Notes: generated from the letters alone by a model not told the origin. A stretch of DNA of 62,291 nt from a virus (IMGVR_UViG_3300006750_000007:1-62291); one strand, 5' to 3'; positions 52,601 through 61,446 are shown, counted from the first letter of the stretch. Numbers and translations are program-made.

Positions 52601-54258
52601 CTCCTGTTACATCCCTAATTATCTCTTCAGGGATTAGTAACAATGGATTACAAGTTAAAGGCAAAGATGAATTAACTGGAGATCCAGGAGAAATTGCAGC
52701 GTACTTTAGAAATCAGCCTATCATTAGAGAATTTACTAATTACTATATTAATGAAAATGGTAATCCTTCTCAAATTAGAACTTTAGCTAATAAGTTTTTA
52801 AAAGAAAAAGGATATAATAATATAAAAATAGAAGGTCTAAATGGAACTGTTAATATATCAACTAAAGAACTTCAAGATAATATAGGTCTAGATGTAAAGG
52901 ATGCATTGAGTCAAGAAGAAGTTATAAATAATTTTATTCTTTATCACGATGCAGGTAGAATGATGAATAATTTAAATAAAATTCTTAATGCTGATAGAGT
53001 TAAATTTTCAAATGTTGCTCAATTAGAAGAATTTTTCGCCATTTTAAAAGAAGTAGAAGATTTAGAAAGCGATGATAATCCTAATGGAAGAAATAGATTC
53101 TTTACTGGATTTGAAGGACTAGTTCGAGGAGATGATTTTAGATTATCTAAAGCCTTTAGAGGTGGATTAGAAACAGCTAAAGAATTGTCTGATTTATTTT
53201 TCCCTTTTCAAAAGAGTGGAATAAATAAAGCTAAAGAATTAATGAGAGAAGGATTGAATAAAAGAAGATTTACAGCTGAAGATTATAAAGTAATTAATAA
53301 ACACTCTTTACTTTATATGTTTAGTCAAAGACATATTGTAAGTCCTATTTCTCCATTATTCTCAACCGCTTCTATTAATTACTTAATGAAAGGAGATAAT
53401 TCTATAGATAGACAATTAATAAGTATTAAGACTCAGATTGAAGATTCAGAAGAAGGGGATGCTTTATTCAGTCTTAAAGGAAATGCATTTTTAAATAGAT
53501 TATTTCCTCATCCTGATAATTTTAAAAATAAAGAAATAACTGTAAATGGAAGGGGAGAAGAAGTTCCTTTTAGTGAAGTTAAATCTTTAATGTTTGAGTT
53601 TGGATATGATAACGACGTAAAAGAAATCAATAATATAACTCATTCTTTTAAAAAATTATATGAACATCCTTTACCAGAAGTTCGAGACTTAGCTAAAAAT
53701 TTAGTTTACTATCAAGTTCTATCTAAAGGATTTGATTCAGGACCTAATTCTTATGCAGATTTAATCCCTATAGAAGTGTGGAGCGATAGACAATTATCCT
53801 TACAACCAGGGAAAGAGGAATCAATGATTGAGTTTTTTAATAATAATTATACAGTATTTGAAAATGGAAAATTCTTTAAAGGATTCTTCGAAGGATTTGT
53901 AAAAAATAATACTCAAGCACGGAATCTTATTCCTAAAATGAAGAAGATAGATCAGAAACATATACAAGGAGAAGCCTTTACTGCAACAGATAGCAATAGA
54001 CAATTATTTGATAAAGACATGGGATTTGTAGATTATTTCATTACTTTTGATAAAAGTGTTAAGCAAAACGTTTTATTTAAGAAGGAAAGTGGAGACAAAG
54101 GAGATAGAGCAACTTACAATGTAATAGAAAGAGAAGGGATACCTTTTAAACTTATGGCGTATAACATTGATCAAAAATCTGATTTTGCAGACATTTATCC
54201 AGATGCTCTTACAGTAGCAAAAATTAATGATTTAAACGGTAGAAAAAATTGTATATAA
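46696..54258 (+). CDS. virion-encapsidated single-chain two-barrel RNA polymerase (phi14:2 gp66-like) with N-terminal zincin-like domain
   Basis: GYRIPTQ and GSDFDIDK catalytic motif (51805-51819); HEAFH (47185-47199) with downstream EERLADEF. Confidence 0.9.
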   Translation: MRYCPNINTKEFKEMEASLGKEVATTVWFNNNGNHIEMDRNGKPSQLFKDAVSFYGSRSEAIKIKAQIFTKSYLANDNWINNKTEPTIMDMDPDFNSVETFRIEHEGIIKLDEAKTWLEQRGIPFNSATQIVEIANHIPAYAAGSYTDGLVYLSLNSPIGTAYHEAFHAAFSGFLTPAKRKKILKLAKERYYKNEDPRNVYMNVSIDNYRGYFQEYGSQEGYEMSVLDNKLVITKDGVKVSNEEFKDIVEELNEMVLEERLADEFRMFVESEGTYAPTEKGLVAFFKSLLKHIKDYMSHKSTIDTFFKDIEGGKFAQKRFKYLKGKKDKYSIYDDFTTDQVESVINIITSKFATTIDMQDIKDVDPNEVMENLRSIFVKSMFRKLNPETNKYEAINVEDAKALYQRMTNGDLTLPTGVKRTKQWKELFSIYQNWYSKKDESGNTTYRGWAELAKKELKGFGYTIKGDLVESAEEESLGSGEKDHSKAAIENNRKDTLSQKVKNFLSRIVKYTPDGRPSMSFLGTTEFMPFSEMYQDVAHIVTNTTDWNSMMSELKRNAAQKPAVGYVYRQLKEKMERGNLEDLKFIASFYSNMEMTYVDFIGGTQEVVYDQETGMPTVSIKYFNSNQNKVGRMLSRRWSASAHRPDGLGLFELKGLKFKINQNKVALLEREYKIIKEIRTKDSIIEDRHIDALISFMNTIGADIRQVDFKKLLDEGLIIDNNLLKGGELYRYVYSGQSIHSNNKRGFGVLIDSLIDNRDPYKEQSGIIERFIRIGEQFEIESQGSFINSANKSVYPVNMHTTMSRIFNAFKKYRSSLSDSYWNKFVEQYKGDKALFPQGQTESVYDDLFLSSIMATHPKGAHNNFFTKIFKFEDFDGFKMKGEVDHTFDYSSLTPVTTTLNRLNLFINNSSKGTMKIALPTMADRNRGVFVSLPRISTQKGLHQYSKKSINNILKGMIYQDLMRIGQVSEQIKISSRNKTQLLFTPDSKGNYRGLEFHQFPFLNKSDNPAVKKLLAYAKSSKEDKSVLAEEDVEIWLDEAMLISKDNIEREQLIKNKKDKDSYVDITEFIDSQVESLKERLDEYGIESNKNKKKAQLDYSALAKLYTKSGSVSEFRENPDAFYRDFIIAGHVSKMSFIKMLTGDLSLYKSTEAWSKRVGGLGTPGQESFQSDFIPGIEYGDKPTYNMAVIKDIYKKDTVNLDFLASVFGEKPVKAYRKGKGSNKTDAMGFTTLDKHMRKMQAHDMWTDEHQKAYENYNSRDRLSRNINGKFEYVREDGVIVRPKLTPIKTYHDGMYLKNGKMVRILIKHSTMPLLMEFTKNYPHFEQLRKAMLKMNIDEVNMDSAVKVGAEHITELKYDESGLISNLDDLHSMELETRFQRVPQTIPSKVRDSKLGSQLMKLIVANLRKNYSNYEFNVGGKIVKGDEMIEKYHDVLEAMIENGREKLFKEIGYDKFLASNQDKESTKKFLQNLRNILEKSGEERDLPDNYLDALAIVDSIVEDVERSNFKVPLAFPTIQNKFEQIILSLVKNNVMSQTINGESLVQIAEFGAHKTSKELKFIHGEKHVVDFKDISISYFVNVRGGKFKSAKEISVGGIVQYNGDNYHVTKKKGDKITIVKIEAAEVDIPYKLAERLKLPRHPVTGEFIVDPESFPEELRNIVGYRIPTQGKSSMLPLRIRKILTPAQGKAIIVPGEITTQMGSDFDIDKLFLMMPNYDIKWKTKNGDVFDEKGSFVSQMKKRGFDISRKDASKLMEDEDYVQDMTIISDSGVADIGDLIEARKKTLSFLNKKFKELNPKLVAEKVSYDLENLHGAKRESLENAFLDIALGILTNPIVGKELITSVDSQTFPQLVEIMAPKLKDYISELDPANWSTEIDLEIRNKMGKIGIGIYAVALNGQAIRQHSKQPVLLNEQYSVKFDGKNIQNVSEEYDELGNPITEHFNKHLNMSVDNANEPMMEVLNDNAFTSPVTSLIISSGISNNGLQVKGKDELTGDPGEIAAYFRNQPIIREFTNYYINENGNPSQIRTLANKFLKEKGYNNIKIEGLNGTVNISTKELQDNIGLDVKDALSQEEVINNFILYHDAGRMMNNLNKILNADRVKFSNVAQLEEFFAILKEVEDLESDDNPNGRNRFFTGFEGLVRGDDFRLSKAFRGGLETAKELSDLFFPFQKSGINKAKELMREGLNKRRFTAEDYKVINKHSLLYMFSQRHIVSPISPLFSTASINYLMKGDNSIDRQLISIKTQIEDSEEGDALFSLKGNAFLNRLFPHPDNFKNKEITVNGRGEEVPFSEVKSLMFEFGYDNDVKEINNITHSFKKLYEHPLPEVRDLAKNLVYYQVLSKGFDSGPNSYADLIPIEVWSDRQLSLQPGKEESMIEFFNNNYTVFENGKFFKGFFEGFVKNNTQARNLIPKMKKIDQKHIQGEAFTATDSNRQLFDKDMGFVDYFITFDKSVKQNVLFKKESGDKGDRATYNVIEREGIPFKLMAYNIDQKSDFADIYPDALTVAKINDLNGRKNCI

Positions 54259-57200
54259 TGGCATGTTCGTTAGACACCCTTGGTAAAGGAAAAAGTACAC
54301 TATATAAAGAGTTAACAGATACTTATGGTGAAGATATTGCAGACAGTGTATTCATAAAAATTCATTCTGAAGATTTTAAACAGTTTTTTGGTAACTGGGA
54401 ATTGTATTATAACTATGATTATATTAAAGATAATATTCTTATTCCTAATCATAAAACTAGAGAGGCTGCTTCAGCTCACGCTAAAGAATTAAATGACCGA
54501 TTCGGTAAAGGAAGCGCTCAGGCTATATCAAAAAGAGACGGAACAAAAAAAGTTATTCTTAATCGTCCTATAAATGTATCAGCTGCTGTAAATAAGCAAG
54601 GCGAACCAATGTTGATGTATAATCTAGATTCTTTTGATACATTTACTTCTGATAAAAAGAAAGCTGGACAATTCGATTCTTCAGGTTACTCTGGTCATTT
54701 TCCTGTACCTTCTATAGGAGAAATAAAACCTATGTTTCTTAACGTAGCTAGTTTTGACTCTAAAGTAGGAACAGTAGCAGTAGCAACTCATACACAGGTA
54801 CAAGTAGCTGGAACTTTTCATACTAATGAAGCTAATACTATGACTCTTGGAGAATTACAGAAAGAGGAAAAAGTCATTAAAGAAAAAACTAAATCTCTTG
54901 AAAAAGGGGATAAATCTGCAGAATCATTAAGAAAGCTCGAACTTTTAGCTAGACGTTCTATAGATATTCTAAGAAAGAAGAAGACTATCTATGAAGCTAA
55001 GAATCAAAAAGGAGGAGTAGCAAAAATGAATAAACTAATAAGCTCTATAACTAGAAAAATTAGAGATAAAGAATTTAGTACTGCAGTATTAAATTTTATA
55101 TGGTATGGATTTGAACGTTCTAATAATATAGATATTAAAAGTATAACAAATATAGAAGATAAGTATTGGGCTAAAGGCGCAACAAAAGAAGATAAAAGAA
55201 AACAACTTCAACGATTAGAAAAAGCAATAGACGCTTTATCTAGTTTTGATGTTGTTACGAAGTTCTTCGGTCAAATAAAAGGTATTGCTATTAGCGATCC
55301 TAGATTTGATGAAGAAGTAATAAATAGAGAATTTAGAAATAAATATATTGCTGTAATTAAAAGTAATATAAGAAGTGCTAGAGAGGCTTATCTAACATTA
55401 GCATATGACTTAGGAGCTGATTTTCTAATGCAGTTTAATTCTGATCCTAATCTTACTAAAAAGAAACTTCAAAGTATGTTTGTCCATATGACAGACGATG
55501 TTCATAATCTTACTGCTAAGTTTGGAGCTATGGCTGATTCTAGAGATCAAGTATTAGCATTAGTAGCAAAAGCAATAGAGAGAAAGAAGAACGAAGTAGC
55601 TAAAAGAGAACAATATTTTCAACAAACTAAATTAAGAGTAGAGGCAGAACTTCTTCAAAAGTTTCAAGGTAAGAAAGTATCTCATGAAGCAATGTATAAT
55701 TTTATGCTTGAAAGAGATGGAAACGGAAAGTTAACTGGTCATTATATTCACCCTAATTCAGAAAAAGGTAAAGCTTTACCTGCTCCTCAACTTAGATTTT
55801 TAAACTTCTTTCATTTAGAGTACAGTAACGCTCAAAAGAAAATTCATAAAAACTTTAGAAGAGGAACTGAACTTCCTACTATACTTAAAAATTTAGACGA
55901 AAGAATAGCAGATAAATCTTCTACAGGAGTTATAAAAAGTACTATTAAATCGACTAAAGAAAAATTTACATTTACAAGTGACGAAACTGAATATATAGAA
56001 ACTTTAACTGATGAAAATGGTAAAGTTATCAAAGTAGTTCCTATTAAATATATAAGTCATGAAGCAATTGATCCTAATGATATATCAGTAGATTTAGAAT
56101 CTTCTCTTTCTAGATTTGTAACTATGGCTGATAATTATGAAACTATGAATGGCATAGTTACTGAAATAGAAGGAATTAAAATGTTACTATCTGATAAAAG
56201 ACAAGTTACACAAAAATTAGGTTCTAAAAAATATTTAACTAAGGGAACAACTAAAGAAGCTACTAAAAGTGCAATAGAATCTAATGCGTATAAAATGCTT
56301 GTTGACAATGTTGATATGCAGTTATATGGAGAATTTAAAAATATAGAATCTGAAGGAGCTTTAAATGTTGGTAAAACAGCAGATACAATAAGAGGACTTA
56401 CAGCAACAGTTCAATTAGGATTTAATCCTCGTTCAGCATTAAATAATTTAACAATGGGTAATATGGCAAACTTCTTTGAAGGTAGAGGAGGCCAATTTTA
56501 TACTAGTACTCATTTAAGAAAAGCTAAAGTAATATATGCTAAAAATTTACCTGGTTTTTTATCTGATGCTACTAAGAGATATAATAACAATATGATTAAT
56601 ATCTTTATGAATCAGCATAATATTTTTCAAGCATTTGATGATTTTGGCAAACCTTTACCTTCTCATGTAGCAGCAAACAGATTTATGTCTAATGCTAGTC
56701 AATTAATGCAAGAAGGAGGAGAGCACGAAATTCAAGTAGAACAAGCTGTAGCAATACTACTTTCTCATAAAGTAATAGATGGAAAAGTTTATAGCTTTCA
56801 AGAGTATATGGTAAAAGAAGGAGTAGCTAATAATAAAGCAGAAAAGAAAAAATTTGAAGCTCTTACTTCAGTATTTGAAACTTTAAAGAAAGAAGATAAC
56901 ATTACAACTAGTTCTGTTAGTAATGAAGAAATGGCTAAACTAACTGAAAGAATTAAAGCATTATATAGAAGAAGTCACGGTAACTACTCTAAACTTACCA
57001 AAGCTGCTGCTAATAAACAATGGCAATATAGACTTGCTTTGCTATTTAGAAGTTGGTTACAGCCTGGATTTGATAGACGTTTTGCTCCAGAGAAGTTTAA
57101 TTCTGGAAATGAAAAAAGAATGGTCCCAAATGAAGCAGGAATTCCTACAGAAACAACATTTGAAGAATTTCTAAGAAGTAATAAGGTTACTAATAGTCTT

Positions 57201-57824
57201 AAAACTAGAAAAGAATTTAAAAAACATAAAATAGTAGAGTCTTCTGTAGAATATGCATTTAATCAACAATTAGGAGCTCACATCGGAGGTAATTATCGTA
57301 TAGCTTATAACTTCATGAGACAATTAGTTAGAGATACTGAAGGTATAGCACTAATGACAGCATATAGAGGAGAAAATGGATATAATAATCTTCCTGAATG
57401 GAAGAAATCTGCAATTAAATCTACAGTCACAGAACTTGCTACATTTGCTTTACTTATTGTAGTAGTAAATGCATTAGCTGAAATAGGAGGAGATGACGAT
57501 GATAGTTTATTACTTAATGCTACAGTATATCAAATGTATAGATTAAAATCTGAAGTTGGTTTCTGGATAAATCCTTTAGAAGTTCCAAAGATTTTAAGAT
57601 CTCCATCAGCTACTTTAGGTATGACAGAAAAAATAGCAAAAGCAATAGGCTATTCTTTAGAACCATTAGTTACATGGGAAGATTGGTCAGTATATAAAAG
57701 TGGATATCATAAAGGAGAAACAAAAGCAGGAAGATACTGGAGAGATGTAACTCCTTATTATGGACAAATAAGTTCGTGGTATGACTATGGAGAATATGTC
57801 AAAAACGTAAAAAAATTCATGTAA
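54258..57824 (+). CDS. third giant ejected virion protein (start at 54258, MACSL, preferred over 54249)
   Basis: TAATG overlap with the RNAP stop; helical; HGNYS...LFRSW; hydrophobic segment near the C-terminus. Confidence 0.75.
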   Translation: MACSLDTLGKGKSTLYKELTDTYGEDIADSVFIKIHSEDFKQFFGNWELYYNYDYIKDNILIPNHKTREAASAHAKELNDRFGKGSAQAISKRDGTKKVILNRPINVSAAVNKQGEPMLMYNLDSFDTFTSDKKKAGQFDSSGYSGHFPVPSIGEIKPMFLNVASFDSKVGTVAVATHTQVQVAGTFHTNEANTMTLGELQKEEKVIKEKTKSLEKGDKSAESLRKLELLARRSIDILRKKKTIYEAKNQKGGVAKMNKLISSITRKIRDKEFSTAVLNFIWYGFERSNNIDIKSITNIEDKYWAKGATKEDKRKQLQRLEKAIDALSSFDVVTKFFGQIKGIAISDPRFDEEVINREFRNKYIAVIKSNIRSAREAYLTLAYDLGADFLMQFNSDPNLTKKKLQSMFVHMTDDVHNLTAKFGAMADSRDQVLALVAKAIERKKNEVAKREQYFQQTKLRVEAELLQKFQGKKVSHEAMYNFMLERDGNGKLTGHYIHPNSEKGKALPAPQLRFLNFFHLEYSNAQKKIHKNFRRGTELPTILKNLDERIADKSSTGVIKSTIKSTKEKFTFTSDETEYIETLTDENGKVIKVVPIKYISHEAIDPNDISVDLESSLSRFVTMADNYETMNGIVTEIEGIKMLLSDKRQVTQKLGSKKYLTKGTTKEATKSAIESNAYKMLVDNVDMQLYGEFKNIESEGALNVGKTADTIRGLTATVQLGFNPRSALNNLTMGNMANFFEGRGGQFYTSTHLRKAKVIYAKNLPGFLSDATKRYNNNMINIFMNQHNIFQAFDDFGKPLPSHVAANRFMSNASQLMQEGGEHEIQVEQAVAILLSHKVIDGKVYSFQEYMVKEGVANNKAEKKKFEALTSVFETLKKEDNITTSSVSNEEMAKLTERIKALYRRSHGNYSKLTKAAANKQWQYRLALLFRSWLQPGFDRRFAPEKFNSGNEKRMVPNEAGIPTETTFEEFLRSNKVTNSLKTRKEFKKHKIVESSVEYAFNQQLGAHIGGNYRIAYNFMRQLVRDTEGIALMTAYRGENGYNNLPEWKKSAIKSTVTELATFALLIVVVNALAEIGGDDDDSLLLNATVYQMYRLKSEVGFWINPLEVPKILRSPSATLGMTEKIAKAIGYSLEPLVTWEDWSVYKSGYHKGETKAGRYWRDVTPYYGQISSWYDYGEYVKNVKKFM

Positions 57825-57836
57825 ATTAAAAACATT

Positions 57837-59207
57837 ATGGGAGAAGAAACTGGTATAAAAAGATATTTTTATTCTAATGAAGATTATATTATTAAATCTT
57901 TTAAGTCAGGAATGAAAAGAGGAAAAATTGGAGAATTTATAAAAAATAAATATAATATTGATGTTACAGATAGAACATGTAGAAGTCATGTATATGATAT
58001 TTTAAAAAAAGCAGGCCTTATTGATAAGGTTGTCGAAACAATAGAAGAAATAGGACTTATTGATTTTGAATCTACTACAGATACAAAAGACTATGATAAT
58101 TCTAAATCTATAAATTTTGATTTTCCTAAACCTGAAGATAAGAAAAAACCAGAAAAAGCAAACATCGAAGATAGACTAATTGAAGAATGTGAAAAATATG
58201 GTCTCGACCCTTCTGCGGTGAGCTCATATAAATTTGTTAATCACAATGGTCAAGATAAATTAAATATTGCTTTTCACCCCGATTACAAAAAAGACAACAG
58301 AACATCTGACGACTGGCTTGATAACTTCAAAGATATGATTGAAGATAGAATCGATCCTAAAATACCAACAGAAGTTAAAGAAGGAGAAAATATTCTAATA
58401 ATGAATATAGCTGATCTTCATGTAGGAATGGACCCAAATTTTGAAGGTTCTAGTATTTGGGAAGCTACTTGGACAAAGCAAGACATTATTGACGTAGCAT
58501 ATGAAATAGTTGCTTTCATTAAAAAGAAATTCGCTACAAAAGCATATCAATCAACAGTATTGAATTTATTAGGAGATTTAGTTGATGGATTTAACGCCGA
58601 AACTACAAGAGGTGGACATAAGTTGCCTCAAAACATGTCAAATATTGAACAATCTGACATAGTAGTTCTTTTCTTATATACTATAGTACAAGAATTACAC
58701 AAAGAAAAGATTCCTCTTTCTGTATATGGAACTTCTAATTCAAATCATGGTGGAGATTTTGAACATTTTACACTTCAAAAGTTTCAACTAATGGCTCAAT
58801 ATGAGTTCGGTACTCCTATAGTGATATCTAAGAAGTTAGCATTAGGATATAATTTACCTGGAACTAGAAAACCAGTTATGATTATGCACGGTAAAGATAA
58901 GCAATTTGCTACTAGACCTTTCCCCGCCAAAATTGATGACAAAGATGACTATAAAATAGAAGCTATTATAGATGCAGTTTGTGATAGACGTTCTCATCTT
59001 AAACCTATTGTATTTAAAGGAGATTCTCATCAGCATGTAATTCAATCTAAAAAGAATTATGAGTGGATAGCATGTATGACTAATGCTCCATCATCTGATT
59101 GGGTGAAAAACAACTTCTTTAATACCTCTAAAGGAGGAATAACATACTCAATATATAGCATACTTACCGATACTGTAGAAACAGGACTTCTTCCTTTCGA
59201 CGAGTAA
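57837..59207 (+). CDS. calcineurin-like metallophosphoesterase with possible N-terminal HTH
   Basis: ADLHVG, LGDLVDG, SNH, MHG, GDSH motifs. Confidence 0.8.
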   Translation: MGEETGIKRYFYSNEDYIIKSFKSGMKRGKIGEFIKNKYNIDVTDRTCRSHVYDILKKAGLIDKVVETIEEIGLIDFESTTDTKDYDNSKSINFDFPKPEDKKKPEKANIEDRLIEECEKYGLDPSAVSSYKFVNHNGQDKLNIAFHPDYKKDNRTSDDWLDNFKDMIEDRIDPKIPTEVKEGENILIMNIADLHVGMDPNFEGSSIWEATWTKQDIIDVAYEIVAFIKKKFATKAYQSTVLNLLGDLVDGFNAETTRGGHKLPQNMSNIEQSDIVVLFLYTIVQELHKEKIPLSVYGTSNSNHGGDFEHFTLQKFQLMAQYEFGTPIVISKKLALGYNLPGTRKPVMIMHGKDKQFATRPFPAKIDDKDDYKIEAIIDAVCDRRSHLKPIVFKGDSHQHVIQSKKNYEWIACMTNAPSSDWVKNNFFNTSKGGITYSIYSILTDTVETGLLPFDE

Positions 59208-59216
59208 ATCGAATAT

Positions 59217-59256
59217 AAAAAAAAATGCAGGAACCGTAAAGGTTCTTGCATTCTTT
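59217..59256. terminator. bidirectional terminator between convergent modules
   Basis: AATGCAGGAACC-gtaaa-GGTTCTTGCATT with an A-run on the left and T-rich sequence on the right. Confidence 0.85.
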
Positions 59257-59272
59257 AACAAAGCGACTAACT

Positions 59273-59491
59273 TTAATCATTAAAATAATTTCTAACAGTT
59301 CTTTGCCAGAACCACATCAAAATTATTACCGTAAAAATTATTACACTATTTACAATCCATTTTTCTGTTAAAATATTAATAATAGATACTACTAATAATA
59401 CTAAAATCAAATGTAATGCTATAGTGCTAATTAAAGCTGGCTTACTACTAGCAAGCCAACTACAAAATGGAAATTTTCTTTTTTTCATCAT
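59273..59491 (-). CDS. small two-TM membrane protein
   Basis: basic N-terminus and two hydrophobic helices. Confidence 0.55.
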   Translation of the reverse strand: MMKKRKFPFCSWLASSKPALISTIALHLILVLLVVSIINILTEKWIVNSVIIFTVIILMWFWQRTVRNYFND

Positions 59492-59530
59492 CTTAAATTT
59501 TAAAAATTAGACACTCCATTAAGTTTTCAT

Positions 59531-59560
59531 TTGTGTTTTTACTTGTGTTTTTACTTGTGT
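59531..59560. repeat. 2.5 tandem copies of TTGTGTTTTTAC
   Basis: direct reading, intergenic. Confidence 0.7.
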
Positions 59561-59601
59561 GTTAATTTATCACGGAAATGATTCGTTTTAGTCTTCTTTA
59601 T

Positions 59602-59868
59602 TTATTTTAGTTGTTTATACTTGAGTAACTTAGATTCTAATGATTTACATCCCTTATATTCACCATAAGCTCCTTCAGAAGCTATTCTAGCAAATGTCAG
59701 CATATCTTTATCTGTCCATTCTAAAGGTTTAGGTAAAGGGGATTCATAACCAAATTCTTTTTCTTGTCTTAATTCATTTAATGACCTTCGTCTAGTAATT
59801 TTCTTATCGTACATAGCTTCAATATTTATTATTTGTTTTTCAAGAATATATCTTCCTATCTTACTCAT
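59602..59868 (-). CDS. hypothetical protein
   Basis: 88-aa ORF in a tightly packed minus-strand run. Confidence 0.65.
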   Translation of the reverse strand: MSKIGRYILEKQIINIEAMYDKKITRRRSLNELRQEKEFGYESPLPKPLEWTDKDMLTFARIASEGAYGEYKGCKSLESKLLKYKQLK

Positions 59869-59869
59869 T

Positions 59870-60148
59870 TTATTTCTCTATTTCTCCTGTACCATTACAA
59901 TAATCACAAACTTGCGTTATATAATTACTAAGGTGCTGAGTTCCATTCTCACAATGTGAGCAGTCTACTGTATATGTACCATCTACTTGTAAATCATATT
60001 TACTAGCTATATCGTATATATTTTCTTGTATAGCAATGAAGCCATCATCTGACCTATCCCATGTATTATCTAATGCCATTTGGCAGTCTGTTAGTATCTG
60101 TGATAACAAGTTCTCTATGTCTACTTTCATGATTATTTTTTTATCCAA
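59870..60148 (-). CDS. hypothetical protein with DnaJ-like zinc finger
   Basis: CSHCENG...CDYCNGTG. Confidence 0.7.
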   Translation of the reverse strand: MDKKIIMKVDIENLLSQILTDCQMALDNTWDRSDDGFIAIQENIYDIASKYDLQVDGTYTVDCSHCENGTQHLSNYITQVCDYCNGTGEIEK

Positions 60149-60399
60149 TTATCCCAAAGAGGATCTGATCCTCTTTCTTTAAAAACTTCTATTGTAGGAG
60201 ATGATAAATTTTCTTTTGGTGTCATTTGTACTGAAGTATCATCTAATGTTTCATAAGTAAGATCCATATTCATATCCATACTCCATAAATCATTAGAACA
60301 TTCTATTTCGCCTGACTTTAATTTAGTCAAAACTTCTTTTTCTCTCTCAGGCGGTATTTCTACTCTTTCCCAAGTTGTTATTTTAAAATCTATATACAT
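60133..60399 (-). CDS. hypothetical protein
   Basis: 88-aa ORF starting MYIDFKITTWER. Confidence 0.7.
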   Translation of the reverse strand: MYIDFKITTWERVEIPPEREKEVLTKLKSGEIECSNDLWSMDMNMDLTYETLDDTSVQMTPKENLSSPTIEVFKERGSDPLWDNWIKK

Positions 60400-60410
60400 A
60401 ATTTAATGTT

Positions 60411-60620
60411 TTAAGGTAAATAAATTACAATATTCACTACTGTATATATTAATGATATAAGATTAAAGATAAGTGCAAAACTAAAGAGTAAGAAATTATC
60501 TCCAACAGCCTTTTCTAAAGCATCTTCAACATTATGTTTAATATTATATTTATATCTTTTATATATAATCCTATCTAATAAGAAAGTGATTATAAATACT
60601 AATACTGTTAATGTTATCAT
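60411..60620 (-). CDS. small membrane protein
   Basis: two hydrophobic segments; ATGA/TGAT overlap with upstream gene. Confidence 0.6.
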   Translation of the reverse strand: MITLTVLVFIITFLLDRIIYKRYKYNIKHNVEDALEKAVGDNFLLFSFALIFNLISLIYTVVNIVIYLP

Positions 60621-60973
60621 AATTTAATATTTTTAATTTTTTTAATATATTCAGGGTCTTTAGCATATCCTAAGTCTGTTAAGAACTTATAATAATCTCC
60701 TCCTTTATATTTATACTGTATTTTAGTTATATATGCATCACAGCTTTCTTTCCAGTTATCAAATATAAGATACTTGTGGTCATATCTAAGGCCAAATAAG
60801 TTATGTCTGGCTCTACAACTATAAGATTTAAAATGTCCTGTCTCTAATACAGCTTGTGCTGTTACTATTTTGGGGTATTCACATTTTATTTCTACTAAAT
60901 AGTCATATACTTCTTGTTTAGTTTGAGTAATACCAAAAATTGGAATTAATAATAATATTAATAAATTTTTCAT
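60617..60973 (-). CDS. glucosaminidase (GH73-like) peptidoglycan hydrolase with N-terminal signal sequence
   Basis: AQAVLETG, NLFG, GYAKDPEY; MKNLLILLLIPIFG. Confidence 0.82.
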   Translation of the reverse strand: MKNLLILLLIPIFGITQTKQEVYDYLVEIKCEYPKIVTAQAVLETGHFKSYSCRARHNLFGLRYDHKYLIFDNWKESCDAYITKIQYKYKGGDYYKFLTDLGYAKDPEYIKKIKNIKL

Positions 60974-60983
60974 ATTATTTTTA

Positions 60984-61283
60984 TTAAGTTAAATAATCAA
61001 TATAAGGGTTTTCTCCTGAACCTTTTAATTTCTCTATTTCTTCTTTTAGTTTTTCTATTTCTGCATTTTGTTCTTTAAATACATTAATTTGATCTCTAAC
61101 CATATCTCCTAACATTTTGTTTTGTGCTAGAACAGTTTCTGTTAATATGCAATTATCACTAAGATTTTCTAATACATCTCTTTGTCTTGGAGTTATGCCG
61201 TGAAATATAACATGTCCAAACTCTGGATGCTTTACTTTTATTTCATTTTCTTTACTCATTATTTCTTTTTTTGGGTCCAACAT
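60984..61283 (-). CDS. hypothetical coiled-coil protein (start may be 61259)
   Basis: EIEKLKEEIEKLK heptads. Confidence 0.6.
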   Translation of the reverse strand: MLDPKKEIMSKENEIKVKHPEFGHVIFHGITPRQRDVLENLSDNCILTETVLAQNKMLGDMVRDQINVFKEQNAEIEKLKEEIEKLKGSGENPYIDYLT

Positions 61284-61446
61284 TCTTTTTAGTAAGCATA
61301 TCCATCAGGTTATCCATTCTAGCAGGTACAACTTTAAATGAATTACATACATCACAACACCTACCTTCTTTAACAGGCGTTGCATTATTTCCATAGCCTA
61401 TATATTCTAATGAACATATACAACATTTTTTAATTTCTCTACTCAT
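61252..61446 (-). CDS. small zinc-finger-like protein
   Basis: CCIC...GYGNNA.PV..GRCCDVCN. Confidence 0.7.
   Translation of the reverse strand: MSREIKKCCICSLEYIGYGNNATPVKEGRCCDVCNSFKVVPARMDNLMDMLTKKNVGPKKRNNE

Noticed and set aside
4830-59207. Stop-codon reassignment as in some gut Crassvirales
   Set aside because: Multi-kb ORFs are intact in the standard code, TAG and TGA end genes at sensible boundaries, and no suppressor tRNA was seen
59531-59560. 12-bp tandem repeat as iterons/origin
   Set aside because: Only 2.5 copies with no adjacent initiator; simple slippage is sufficient
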